A stretch of DNA of 25,342 nt, taken from the IMG/VR virus record IMGVR_UViG_3300010366_000062, positions 1-25,342 of that record. One strand, given 5' to 3'. Below, one piece after another: positions 1-9,051 of this stretch. Each line of letters opens with the position of its first letter. Positions within the stretch are counted from its first letter, which is position 1. Source of the DNA: a virus (Duplodnaviria > Caudoviricetes). Made by a program: the position numbers and the translations under genes. The notes beneath the pieces are model-generated. The model saw only the letters and a program-made list of their open reading frames with translations, had not been told where the DNA came from and did no database searches.

Positions 1-1
1 C

Positions 2-3000
2 GACCTGCGCGGCGGCAGCGAATGGATGACACCCGACCAGATGCAAGCGCGCATGGGCCAACTCCAGGGTGGATTGGCCGTCGATCACCCGCAGGTGCCG
101 GGCGACAGTCCACTCAGCGTCGGGGCGATGGCCGCCAACCCGCTCATGCCGTCGAACCTGGTCTCGCGCGGCATGCAGATCCTGGGGCAGGTGGTGCAGC
201 CCGAGACACGTCAGGCCCTCGGACGCGCGCTCCAGCAGGCGCCGGCGCCCACCGACCGCGACGTGTCGTTGATCACCGGCCTGCCTGAGCTGCCCGGACT
301 CGCGGGTGTCGCGCGCTTCGGCACCCAGGCCCTCGGCGGCCTGCTCGCGCAGCCGAGCGCGCTCGAGGCCGTCGGCACCATCGACCGCGTCAATCGCAAG
401 ATGCTGGACGACCCGAACTCGATCACCGACGCCGACCGTGCCGACCTGCAGCAGGCGCAGATGATCGTGGGTGGTTTGAGTGGCGCGCCCGAGAGTGGCA
501 CCACGCGCATGTACCACGGCACCGGTGCCGACTTCCCCAGTGTGTCGCCTGAGGCCGTCAGTGGCGAAGGCAACCTGTTCGGGCCGGGTTACTACATGAC
601 GACCTCGCCCGACGTCGCCGGTGGGCGCGTGAGTCGTGGTCAGATCGGTATCAATCCGGAGACCGGGCGCACCAGCGAATACGACCCGACCACCGGCAAG
701 TTCACGACGTACATGACCGGCGCAGGCGAGTTGCAAGCACCGGGCTACGCCCAGGCGCGTACTAGGGTCGATGCGAACGAACTCGCCGACCTGCTGCAGA
801 GCGTGCATGAGGAGGTGTCGGGTGACGCCGGGTATCACGGGTACTTCCAACAGTCGACGGCGAGTGACATTCGCCAGTTAGCTAATGGCGCGCAACAACT
901 GGCCGATACGGGCTACACGCGAGTCGCTGGTACACAGATGTCTGGCGACAGTGCGATTCAGTACATCCAGAACCGGCTCGAGGCCGTCCTGAGTCGCGAC
1001 GTCCCGAACCCCGAGACGTACCTGAAGACGCTACGGCCAGACATTTTCAGTCGCGGCGGCAACGTGCGCGCGCTCGACGTGCCGAATGATCTGAACCTAC
1101 TGAACGTCGACAATCCAGCCCCGGCAGATGTCGAGCGTATCCGCAGTAGCGTGGCTCCCGACGTCGCCAAGCGTTTCGACGACCAGCTACGCGTGCAGGG
1201 CACGAACGTCTGGGACGCGCTCATGCGGGCAAATCCTGGCCCAGACCTGGGTGGATGGGGCCGCGGCCAGGTCGAGCAATGGACGAACCGGACCCTGGCG
1301 GACGCGGGCTATGACGGCATCACCTACGCCGGTGGCCAGCGCATCCCGATGCGCGACTCTGCAGGGAATCCCATTGAGCACCAGGCCACGGTCATCTTCC
1401 CCGAGAACGTCGGCAAGATCCGCAACGCCGTGAGTGGCACGATGGGCGGCCAGGCGAACGCGCTCTACGCCGCGGGCCTGGGCGGGGCCGCGGCCGGGCT
1501 GGCCGGTGCCGGCGCGGTCCTGGGAGGTGGCCTGTCAGACGCGCGGCAAAAAGCCCAGGCCGTCGCCGACAGTCTGCAGGGTTTTACGGCGCCATTGACC
1601 GCCGACGCGCGCGTGCCGCGCGAGCTCACCGATAACCCGCTTATGCCGTCCAACATCCTGGGTGGCGGCCTGCGCGCGGCCGGTCAGGCGCTCGCGGCCT
1701 CGCCGCTCGGTCAGGCCTACGGCTCGGAGTTGCGCCAGCAACTGCTGCCCAACATCCTCGAGCCGGGCCACCCGGTCAACGTCATCAGCGACCTGACCAC
1801 CAAGTACGCCGACCCGAATGCGGGTCCGATGACACCCGAGGACCGCCAGCGTTGGGACAACGCGCAGCTCGCCATCGCCGGCATGGCCGAACCGAGCGGG
1901 CTTGGGGGGCAGAAGTTGTCAGTGGGCGAACTCGCGGAGCAGTTGCGGCAGTATCCCGACGAGATTCAGGCTGGACTACGCGACTTTGTCCAGCAGCAGT
2001 CCCAAGCTGGCGTCGCCGGCAAGGACATCAATGACACGTTGCGCCAATGGGTCACCGATCATCCACTGCGCCCCGAAACACCGGGCGAAACGACACCATC
2101 TCCACCCTCGCCAGAGGCACCCGCGCCACCGACCTGGCCCAAGGGCGTGACCCAGGACATGGTGGATGCCATGCACCAGCGCATCGACCGCGCCCTCGAC
2201 ATCGCCGCGCCGTCCAACTATATCGCCCACGACCGGCTCGACCAGTTGCTGAACGCCGGGGCCAACCCCGGTGAGATCGAGCGCTTCTTGTCTGGCGTCA
2301 CCGGTCAGAACGTTGGCAAACTCGAGATGCTGCGTGCGCTGCGAACCGGCGCAATGGCCGGCGGCCTCTCGACCGAGGCCAAAGTCGCGGCGAGTCCGTT
2401 CATCCAGACGGCGCTGCGTGCGCCCGCCGGGGCCGTCAATCTGATCCTGCAGGGTCGCGCGGGCGACATCCCGGCCGGACTGGCGGGCGGCATGGGCGGT
2501 CTCGTCGAGGGCGCGCGCGACGCGCTCCAGACCATGCGCTACGGCACCAACTATCGCGCGCTGGGCGGCGGGCCCGCCGGGGGCTATGGCTTCAGCCCAG
2601 GGCTGGATGTGCTGGGCTCGAATCCACTGACGCGCACGCTCGGCACCGGGCTGATTGGTCTGGTGCGCACCCACGGGGCGATCAGCGACATCAGCGCCGG
2701 CATCGGTCGCGGGGCCAACCTGGCGCTCGGCGCCTCGCCCGCGCAGGCGGCCGAAGCCGGCCAGCAGTGGGCACTGCGATCTGGCCAGTACGGCACGATC
2801 GGCTCCGCGGTCAACGATGCCATGAGTGCCTTGCGCGGCAAGAACCCCGGTCTGGACGTCGCCAGCCAGATCCTGCTGCCGTTCTATCGCGTCGGCTACA
2901 ACGTCTTCACCCAGGGCGTCGAACGCTCGCCGCTCGGACTGGGCGGGCGGGTGATCGACGCTGTGCAGGGGCGTCCGCTGGACCGCGCCAAGTTAGTCAA

Positions 3001-3616
3001 CAACCTGTTCGGCGTCGGTCTGGCCGGGCTGGCGTTTACCCAGGCGGCGGCCGGCAACATCACTGGCGAGCAGCCCGAGGGCGGTGCGCCGAAGCAAAGC
3101 GTTCGCATCCCGGAGCAGGCGAATCTAGGACCGTTTGAGGGCATGGCGAAACGTGACGCCCAGGGCAATCTGTGGCTGCCACTGCGCGCCCTCGGGGCGG
3201 CGAGTGAGCCATTGGCTCAGGCCGCAGCACTGTATGAGTCGGCGCGCGACAATGAGGGCAACCTTCCGGGCCTGGCCAGTCAATTCGCCTCCGAGTACGT
3301 CAAGCACGTCGCCGACGAGACGTGGCTTTCGTCGCTGCAGGACGCGATGAATCTGGTCGGTGCGGTGGGTGGCGTCTCGAGCGCGAACGCCCAGGCGCGC
3401 GGCCAGGCCCAACGTGAGCTCGCCTACCAGGCTGGGCAGTATGGCAAGTCCTTCATCCCCCAGGAAAAGTTGGGCGAACAGATCGCGGGCGCGCTCGGCT
3501 TTACCGCACCCTCGACGTCGGGCGGCACGGCAACCGCGACGCGCCCGCGGACGAGCTCGGGTGCGACCAGCCGCTCAGTCGGCAGCGCGACTGCGGGCGC
3601 GCACCGGGCACGCTAG
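2..3616 (+). CDS. Large polyvalent internal virion/ejection protein with ADP-ribosyltransferase-like (ART-PolyVal-like) domain; probably 5'-truncated by the window edge
   Basis: Frame is open from nt 2 (DLRGGSEWM...), at least 1196 aa. Motifs YHGT (509-523), FGPGYYMT, GNV, AGYDGI and VIFPENVGKI follow the order seen in ART domains of polyvalent proteins. The Gly/Ala-rich C-terminal half has LPFYRVGYN..ERSPLG, like large phage internal proteins. Confidence 0.7.
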   Translation, partial: DLRGGSEWMTPDQMQARMGQLQGGLAVDHPQVPGDSPLSVGAMAANPLMPSNLVSRGMQILGQVVQPETRQALGRALQQAPAPTDRDVSLITGLPELPGLAGVARFGTQALGGLLAQPSALEAVGTIDRVNRKMLDDPNSITDADRADLQQAQMIVGGLSGAPESGTTRMYHGTGADFPSVSPEAVSGEGNLFGPGYYMTTSPDVAGGRVSRGQIGINPETGRTSEYDPTTGKFTTYMTGAGELQAPGYAQARTRVDANELADLLQSVHEEVSGDAGYHGYFQQSTASDIRQLANGAQQLADTGYTRVAGTQMSGDSAIQYIQNRLEAVLSRDVPNPETYLKTLRPDIFSRGGNVRALDVPNDLNLLNVDNPAPADVERIRSSVAPDVAKRFDDQLRVQGTNVWDALMRANPGPDLGGWGRGQVEQWTNRTLADAGYDGITYAGGQRIPMRDSAGNPIEHQATVIFPENVGKIRNAVSGTMGGQANALYAAGLGGAAAGLAGAGAVLGGGLSDARQKAQAVADSLQGFTAPLTADARVPRELTDNPLMPSNILGGGLRAAGQALAASPLGQAYGSELRQQLLPNILEPGHPVNVISDLTTKYADPNAGPMTPEDRQRWDNAQLAIAGMAEPSGLGGQKLSVGELAEQLRQYPDEIQAGLRDFVQQQSQAGVAGKDINDTLRQWVTDHPLRPETPGETTPSPPSPEAPAPPTWPKGVTQDMVDAMHQRIDRALDIAAPSNYIAHDRLDQLLNAGANPGEIERFLSGVTGQNVGKLEMLRALRTGAMAGGLSTEAKVAASPFIQTALRAPAGAVNLILQGRAGDIPAGLAGGMGGLVEGARDALQTMRYGTNYRALGGGPAGGYGFSPGLDVLGSNPLTRTLGTGLIGLVRTHGAISDISAGIGRGANLALGASPAQAAEAGQQWALRSGQYGTIGSAVNDAMSALRGKNPGLDVASQILLPFYRVGYNVFTQGVERSPLGLGGRVIDAVQGRPLDRAKLVNNLFGVGLAGLAFTQAAAGNITGEQPEGGAPKQSVRIPEQANLGPFEGMAKRDAQGNLWLPLRALGAASEPLAQAAALYESARDNEGNLPGLASQFASEYVKHVADETWLSSLQDAMNLVGAVGGVSSANAQARGQAQRELAYQAGQYGKSFIPQEKLGEQIAGALGFTAPSTSGGTATATRPRTSSGATSRSVGSATAGAHRAR

Positions 3617-3828
3617 TGAACAACGCAGGACGGATCGACGACTGCGGCGCCGGGCGAGCAGGTGCCATCCAGAGGGATGACGCCGGTCAGGACCAGAATC
3701 AGACACGCCGCACTCACCAGAATGAGCAGTCCCATGCCGAGCCGGTGGCGCCAGCGCGCCGCTCGTCTGGCGCGTTCGACGCGCGCGCACAGGTCCGCGT
3801 ACAGATCACCTTGTGTCGGCGTGCTCAT
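3613..3828 (-). CDS. Small membrane protein (basic patch plus one TM helix), 71 aa
   Basis: RRAARWRHR followed by hydrophobic LGMGLLILVSAACLILVLTGVI. ATGA coupling to the upstream minus-strand gene; its stop overlaps the plus-strand stop in CTAG (3613-3616). Confidence 0.65.
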   Translation of the reverse strand: MSTPTQGDLYADLCARVERARRAARWRHRLGMGLLILVSAACLILVLTGVIPLDGTCSPGAAVVDPSCVVH

Positions 3829-4073
3829 GGCTGCGCCTGTCCGTTAGGATTGATGCGGCGCAACTCGTTTTCGATGCTGCCCAGGCGACCGTCGACTGCG
3901 TCGAGTCGCGACTCGAGCCGTTCGATGCGCTGGTTCACCCGACTGAAGCCGGCCTCGATTTCCCGCAAGATGTCGGCAAAGCCCTGCGCCATGAACTCAT
4001 GGAGCATGGCGAAGCGCCTGGCCATGTCGCGCTCGATCTCTGGGTGTCGGTGTTCGTTAGACTGGGGCTGCAC
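3825..4073 (-). CDS. Small coiled-coil protein, 82 aa
   Basis: AAGGAG RBS 7 nt before GTG at 4073; heptad pattern VNQRIERLESRLDAVDGRLGSIENEL. Confidence 0.75.
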   Translation of the reverse strand: MQPQSNEHRHPEIERDMARRFAMLHEFMAQGFADILREIEAGFSRVNQRIERLESRLDAVDGRLGSIENELRRINPNGQAQP

Positions 4074-4098
4074 GGCGAATCTCCTTCGTTGTGCCAAC

Positions 4099-4134
4099 GG
4101 TCCCGGCCAGTGACTCTTGGCGCGGGACCTTCTT
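4099..4134. terminator. GC-rich hairpin; possible plus-strand terminator or 5' leader stem of the minus-strand moron
   Basis: GGTCCCG-GCCA...TGGC-G-CGGGACC followed by TTCTT. Confidence 0.4.
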
Positions 4135-4199
4135 GTGTGATGGCTTACTATACGCGCAGAGTTGTCAAGGATTCGCTAAGGCGAAGTAAGCGCTGCTAG

Positions 4200-6170
4200 A
4201 TGCCAAACATTCCTGGAACGAGCATCCCCTGGCCGTTCGGGTGGTTCTCCGACCCGGCATCCGGTCAACCCGAGATCGACTCGTCCCAGGCGCAATCGGT
4301 CGTCAATCAACTCGCGGCCGATCACGGTGGTGTCGTCGGCCAGCCGCAGGCCAACATCACCGATGCCAAGGGCAAGCCGACCGACATCAGCCGGTACTCG
4401 TTTGGCGACGGCTCGTCATTGCAGATCAGCCCGAGCGGCGTCATCGATGACTGGACACCCAAAGGCACCGGGTCCAGGACGGGCTGGACCGACTTCCAGC
4501 AGATTCGGAACGCCGACCAGTCGATTACCTACTACGGCAAGGACCCGGCCGACGGCAAACTGAAACCCGTTCCGGATCTGCCCAACAGCGCCGCGCCCGA
4601 GTCGGTCAAAACCACGCCGACACCCAGCGCGCAGCTCGACAAACTCGACGCGAAGGGCAACGTCATCGCCGCCGATGACACCACCACCAAGCCGGTCAGC
4701 CTGCGCGATCCGAAGACGGGCACCGTCATCGATATCCCGAAAGATCCCTCGGGCTCACTGACGACCATCAACAAGACGCCGTACCTGGTCAAACCCGACG
4801 GCACGGCGACGGTGGTCACCGGTCCGGACGGCAAGCCGATCTCGGTCAACGACAAGAGCACCGTGAATGTGCCCGGCAAGGGCCTGGTCGAGTATGACCC
4901 GTCCAAATCAGGCGACGACGCGTACCACGTCGTGCCCGGCACCGAGCCGTCCACCAACCGGTTGGCCAAGGACCTGCAGCCGGTGGTGCGCAACGGCAAG
5001 ACGTACATCGCCGTTGACAGTGCCGGGGGCATCGTCTGGCAGGAGGCGAAGGACGACCAGGGCAACGCGCTGCCGACCGAGACCACCTACACCGTCGCGC
5101 AGAACGACCCGCGTTCGCCGAATGTCCTGCTGATCGACTCGCAGGGCAACTCGAAGCTCGTCTCGAAGGGCCCCGACTGGAAGCCGCCGCCGTTGCCGGC
5201 CGCCGGTCAGGCGCTCACCCCGGACACCACATCGCCATTCGTGGTGACCATCGGCGACAACGGCCAGCCGGTCTTCACCCACAACCAGAACCAACTGAGC
5301 ATCTCGGACGCCCAGAAGCAGCTCATCCAGCAACTCGGCATGAAGGTGGCCGACGGGTCGATGTCCGAGGACGCGGCGCAGAAGCTGATCACCTCGGCCA
5401 CCCAGTCGATGACCGCCCAGGCGGCGATGATCAATGCCCAGGCCAACCAGCAGCAGCAGGTTGCCCAGACCGGCGGGGCCGTGCTGCAGGGCATCCAGCA
5501 GGGCGCGCAGACCGGCGCCGGCATCCTGCAGAACCGCGTCTCCAACGCCCAGCAGATGCTCGGCTCGGTGCTCGGCCTGGCCGGCCAGCGCTCACCCAGC
5601 GGCAATCTGGGCGGCGGCATGCTGTCGGCACCAGCCGGTCTCGGCGAGGCGCTCGTCGGCGGCATCAGCGGCTGGGCGACCGAGCTCGGCGGCGGGCCCG
5701 ACGTGTATCAGTCGGCGGCCAACCTGGTGCAGCGCGCCGATCCGGGCAGCAAGCTCGGCGGTGACGCGGCGAATGCCTACGGCGTGCTCGGCCAGATGCT
5801 GCAGAAGTACCGCGACATGACCGGCCAGCCGCATCCGGCCGAGACCATCGCTGCCCAGCAGCAACAAGGTGCCGGCTTCAACGCGCCGACGACGGTCACC
5901 CCTCAGCAGCAAGCCAACCAGGCCGCCGCGGCACAGCAGGTCCAGCAGGCGACCGCTCAGGCGAACATGCCCTTCGGTGCCATTGGCTCCAATCCGATGC
6001 TAGCCGCGCAGCAGGCCTACAACCGCCAGCAAGCATCTCAGCAGCTCGCCGCGGCGACGGCCCAGGCCAGTACGCCCTTCGGTGCGGTCGCCCCGAATCC
6101 CTGGGCGAACGCGGCCATGTTCGTCGCGCCGACCACGGTCGCGCCGCCGACCGCCACGGTGACCGCCTGA
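4200..6170 (+). CDS. Putative internal virion/ejection protein, 656 aa
   Basis: Long ORF with good codon bias; beta-hairpin-like PDG/DPKTG N-terminal half and Q/A/G-rich C-terminal half; position next to head genes. Confidence 0.6.
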   Translation: MPNIPGTSIPWPFGWFSDPASGQPEIDSSQAQSVVNQLAADHGGVVGQPQANITDAKGKPTDISRYSFGDGSSLQISPSGVIDDWTPKGTGSRTGWTDFQQIRNADQSITYYGKDPADGKLKPVPDLPNSAAPESVKTTPTPSAQLDKLDAKGNVIAADDTTTKPVSLRDPKTGTVIDIPKDPSGSLTTINKTPYLVKPDGTATVVTGPDGKPISVNDKSTVNVPGKGLVEYDPSKSGDDAYHVVPGTEPSTNRLAKDLQPVVRNGKTYIAVDSAGGIVWQEAKDDQGNALPTETTYTVAQNDPRSPNVLLIDSQGNSKLVSKGPDWKPPPLPAAGQALTPDTTSPFVVTIGDNGQPVFTHNQNQLSISDAQKQLIQQLGMKVADGSMSEDAAQKLITSATQSMTAQAAMINAQANQQQQVAQTGGAVLQGIQQGAQTGAGILQNRVSNAQQMLGSVLGLAGQRSPSGNLGGGMLSAPAGLGEALVGGISGWATELGGGPDVYQSAANLVQRADPGSKLGGDAANAYGVLGQMLQKYRDMTGQPHPAETIAAQQQQGAGFNAPTTVTPQQQANQAAAAQQVQQATAQANMPFGAIGSNPMLAAQQAYNRQQASQQLAAATAQASTPFGAVAPNPWANAAMFVAPTTVAPPTATVTA

Positions 6171-6171
6171 C

Positions 6172-7206
6172 ATGGCCACCTTTACGCTTCCCAATACTCA
6201 GACAGGCGGCGCGCAGCAGATCCAGGCCGGCTCGCTGCAGGAGGCGCAGCAGCAGGCCCAGGCGGCCGGTACCTGGTCGCCCGCGGCCGGCACGTACGGG
6301 TCCAATTCCATCGGTGCCTACACCCCCTCGAGCGGGGGCGGCAGCACACCCTCGGCGCCCACGGGCACGGTCGCCGCGCCACAGTCGGCGCAGCTCGCCT
6401 CGGGCATCAACTCGCTGCTCGGCGCCATCGCCTCAGGCAACAAGCAGGCCTTCGACGAGGCCGTACGCCAGTTCAACCAGACCTTCGGCCTCGACCAGCA
6501 GAAGTTTGCCGAGTCTGTGCGTCAGTACAACGAGGGCCTGGCTGTCACCCAGGCCGGCCTAACTGGCACGTACCAGGGCCAGACCACCCAGCAGGCGCTC
6601 GCGCAGGCGGCCAGCATCCAGGCGCAGCGGGCCAAGACCGCTCAGGACTGGGCCAACATCTACGGCTACACGCCGCAGCTCGACGTCAACGGCAACCCCG
6701 TCATGGTGAATGCCGCCGCAGGTGGTCCCGCGACCACACTGGCCGCGCAGCAGCAGGCCTACAAGCAGCAGCTCGATGCGATCACGGCCGCCGCGGGGAT
6801 GCAAGCGAATCCGTTCCGCCAGCAGCAGGTCATGGGCCAACTCGGGCGCGTGCTGACCGGCCAGGGCGTGGCCGGTTTTTCTGCGCCCAACACGGTGACC
6901 GGTGTCGGCACGGTCGGTGGCAATACCCAGGGCGGCCTGGGCTACATGCAGCAGATGATCGACGACATCCGCGGCGGCACCAACTCGGCCAACTCGCAGG
7001 GCGTGCAGGGCGTGCTGGACGCCATCCCTACCCCGAACAAGATCAATTCCGCCGACTTCCTGCGCTCGGCACCGTCTACCCAGAACATGATCCTGCAGGG
7101 CATGCAGGAAAAGTACGGCCTCGACCCCAACGACGCGTTGAACCAGATCAAGAACACCTTGCCATCGTTCCAGGCACCGTCTACATTCGGGACAATCAAG
7201 GGATAA
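6172..7206 (+). CDS. Putative DNA ejection/pilot-like protein, 344 aa
   Basis: Q/A/G-rich, with repeated F.E.VRQ(F/Y)N (FDEAVRQFN, FAESVRQYN); starts 1 nt after the previous stop. Confidence 0.55.
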   Translation: MATFTLPNTQTGGAQQIQAGSLQEAQQQAQAAGTWSPAAGTYGSNSIGAYTPSSGGGSTPSAPTGTVAAPQSAQLASGINSLLGAIASGNKQAFDEAVRQFNQTFGLDQQKFAESVRQYNEGLAVTQAGLTGTYQGQTTQQALAQAASIQAQRAKTAQDWANIYGYTPQLDVNGNPVMVNAAAGGPATTLAAQQQAYKQQLDAITAAAGMQANPFRQQQVMGQLGRVLTGQGVAGFSAPNTVTGVGTVGGNTQGGLGYMQQMIDDIRGGTNSANSQGVQGVLDAIPTPNKINSADFLRSAPSTQNMILQGMQEKYGLDPNDALNQIKNTLPSFQAPSTFGTIKG

Positions 7207-7210
7207 ACCG

Positions 7211-7366
7211 ATGCCACTGTTGGGCGGGAAAGCGGCCAAGACAAAAGCGGGCATCTCGAAGAACATCAAGACCGAGATGGCCGCCGGCCGGCCCCAGGCG
7301 CAAGCCGTGGCGATCGCCATGAGCAAAGCCGGAAAATCGCGGGCCAAGGGGAAGCCGTCGAAATGA
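7211..7366 (+). CDS. Small basic phage protein, 51 aa (MPLLGGKAAKTKAGISKNIKTEMAAGRPQAQAVAIAMSKAGKSRAKGKPSK); not in the ORF track
   Basis: Translated by hand. Resembles the common phage head-region family with IS.NI..E...G+PQ.QAVAIA.S.AG. ATGA overlap with the next gene. Confidence 0.8.
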   Translation: MPLLGGKAAKTKAGISKNIKTEMAAGRPQAQAVAIAMSKAGKSRAKGKPSK

Positions 7367-8292
7367 CGATGGACCTGCGGCGCTCCACCCATCCGGACCT
7401 CCTGGACGAGCTCGAGCCATTTCTCCCCCCGCCCGAGCCGAGCCCGTCCGTCTCGAACGGCGCCCCCCCGCGTTCCCGTTCGAGGCGCAAGGTGGCGGAT
7501 ACTGTCCCGGACGCGTCCCCTCCCGGAGACACCGAGACGCCCGCTGCCACGGAGGGCGGCTCGGACGACGGCCCTCCTGCGTCCGAGCCCGCCGCTCCAG
7601 AAGCAGATGTGCCCGAATGGCTCGGCCAACTCCGCGCCGCGACCGACCCGGACGAAATCATCGGGCTGGTGACCAAAAACGTCGATCGCGACCTCTTGAT
7701 GAAAAACGAAATCCTGTCCGCCGTCCTCGGCAACATGAGCAACAAGCGCGCTCAGGACCTGTTGCGTCAACAAGACCAGCAGCGTCAGGAGCGCGACCGC
7801 CAGGCTGCTTATGAGCGCGGCGACCTGTACGCCCTGGGTCAGCTCACGGCGGCCGAGCTGCAGCAGCAGCGCGCGGCGCTCGAGGCGCAGACCCAGGCCA
7901 CGCTGAATCCGTACATGCAGGACGTGACGGAGTTTCAGCGCGCCCTGCCCGAAGACGTCCAGAAACGCGTCCAGGGCAAACAATACGACAGCTTCGGCGC
8001 CTATCTGCAGGCCGTCCACGAGGCACGCCTGCAGTACGACGTCGAGCAGGAAGTCAAAAAGCGCGAGCCCGCCTTGAAAAAGGCCGAGCTGTCGCAGAGC
8101 GTGGGTAGCGAGATGACCCCCGAGTTGGATGGCGGACCTGCACAGCAGTATCGCGAGATCACCGATGCTCAGGTCGCCAGCATGACGCTCGAGGAGTACG
8201 ACCGCTACTTCGACGACAAGGGCCGACCCAAACCGGGCGTGCGCGTCCGATTGGAGCGCGGCATCGACGTGCGTCGCGAACAGCGGCGGTGA
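7363..8292 (+). CDS. Putative capsid scaffolding protein, 309 aa
   Basis: Acidic/Pro-rich disordered N-terminus, helical coiled-coil middle, C-terminal ASMTLEEYDRY motif; directly upstream of the MCP. Confidence 0.65.
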   Translation: MTMDLRRSTHPDLLDELEPFLPPPEPSPSVSNGAPPRSRSRRKVADTVPDASPPGDTETPAATEGGSDDGPPASEPAAPEADVPEWLGQLRAATDPDEIIGLVTKNVDRDLLMKNEILSAVLGNMSNKRAQDLLRQQDQQRQERDRQAAYERGDLYALGQLTAAELQQQRAALEAQTQATLNPYMQDVTEFQRALPEDVQKRVQGKQYDSFGAYLQAVHEARLQYDVEQEVKKREPALKKAELSQSVGSEMTPELDGGPAQQYREITDAQVASMTLEEYDRYFDDKGRPKPGVRVRLERGIDVRREQRR

Positions 8293-8296
8293 TCTC

Positions 8297-8327
8297 CTCA
8301 CCCGACTAGGGTGAGACGCCGAAAGGA
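8297..8327 (+). promoter_or_regulatory. Stem-loop and RBS of the major capsid gene
   Basis: CTCACCC-gacta-GGGTGAG (8297-8315), then GAAAGGA (8321-8327) before GTG at 8337. Confidence 0.6.
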
Positions 8328-8336
8328 ATACAACCA

Positions 8337-8396
8337 GTGGCCACTGGTGCAACGGAGTTTGTCGACAAGACCATTGCCGACGGGATCTTCAGCCCT
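8337..8396 (+). CDS. Major capsid protein exon 1 (MATGATEFVDKTIADGIFSP)
   Basis: RBS plus GTG, 20 codons. The unspliced frame stops at 8406-8408. Joins in frame to exon 2 to give FSP-DIWSKQVL, matching the F.P(E/D).WS MCP N-terminal motif. Confidence 0.85.
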
Positions 8397-9051
8397 GAAA
8401 CGTTCTGAATTGGGGCTATAAAACCGACCTCAAATGCTGGGATACCCTAAAGTCTTCACACCTACTAAGGGAAAAGAGTGGAGAATACGTGGGCAATCAG
8501 CAGGGCAATTTCGGAGAGACTGATCTCGCATGGTTAGCAGGATTCATCGACGGTGAAGGGTCATTCGGATTTCAACGGCTTGTCGCGTCGCGAACGAATC
8601 GGCCGCACAAGCGCGCTTACTTCACCCCGCGAATCACTGTCGGCAACACGGACCGTCCAACGCTCACCTATGTGCTTGACCTTCTCGAGGCGTACCACCT
8701 CCCGCATCTGGTGTGGGACCGGCAGCGCCGCGGAATCAATCTCAATGGGCATGCGAAGGCAGACTTCTGGCAGGTTCGTGCGGAGGGTTTGAAGCGGTGT
8801 GCTCGATGGCTCCCGTTACTCTTGCCGTATCTGCGGACCAAGCGAGATCAAGCGAAGGTGATGTACGAGTTCTGCGAGTTCAGGCTCGCGATGCCAGGTC
8901 ACGACAAGCCGTACACGGCCCGCGAACTGGAAATACTCGACATGTTCCGCAACCGTCGCTTCGAAGCCCTCACAGACTACACGGTCGGCGGGGCTATTCA
9001 GGCCTCGATGGTATAGTCGGCCCCCCTTCGAAAGCTGGGGGAGCTCCTGCG
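8397..9051 (+). ncRNA. Group I self-splicing intron, 655 nt
   Basis: P1 AGCCCU(8391-96)/GGGGCU(8412-17) with U.G at the 5' splice site. P3 CCGACC(8424-29)/GGUCGG(8983-88). P AAAUGCUGGGA(8432-42), Q AAUCAGCAGG(8495-8504). P6 AGGGC/GCCCU. R UCACAGACUACACG(8970-83). P8 CGGGGC/GCCUCG. S AUGGUAUAGUC(9008-18). P9 CCCCC..GAAA..GGGGG. Terminal G at 9051. Confidence 0.93.
8489..9016 (+). CDS. Intron-encoded single-motif LAGLIDADG homing endonuclease, 175 aa
   Basis: DLAWLAGFIDGEGSF motif, LLPYLRTKRDQA C-terminal motif, GGAG RBS at 8480-83; codon usage differs from flanking genes. Confidence 0.92.
   Translation: MGNQQGNFGETDLAWLAGFIDGEGSFGFQRLVASRTNRPHKRAYFTPRITVGNTDRPTLTYVLDLLEAYHLPHLVWDRQRRGINLNGHAKADFWQVRAEGLKRCARWLPLLLPYLRTKRDQAKVMYEFCEFRLAMPGHDKPYTARELEILDMFRNRRFEALTDYTVGGAIQASMV

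Noticed and set aside
4147-4168. Minus-strand TTGACA...TATAGT promoter for the moron
   Set aside because: The two hexamers are only 10 nt apart, which does not fit sigma70 spacing.
6559-8352. 597-aa minus-strand ORF
   Set aside because: Antisense shadow of three well-coupled plus-strand genes in high-GC DNA; no recognisable motifs.
8713-9051. N-terminal 113 aa of the tracked 376-aa capsid ORF
   Set aside because: Lies inside the intron, out of frame with the LAGLIDADG gene; the real N-terminus is exon 1 at 8337-8396.
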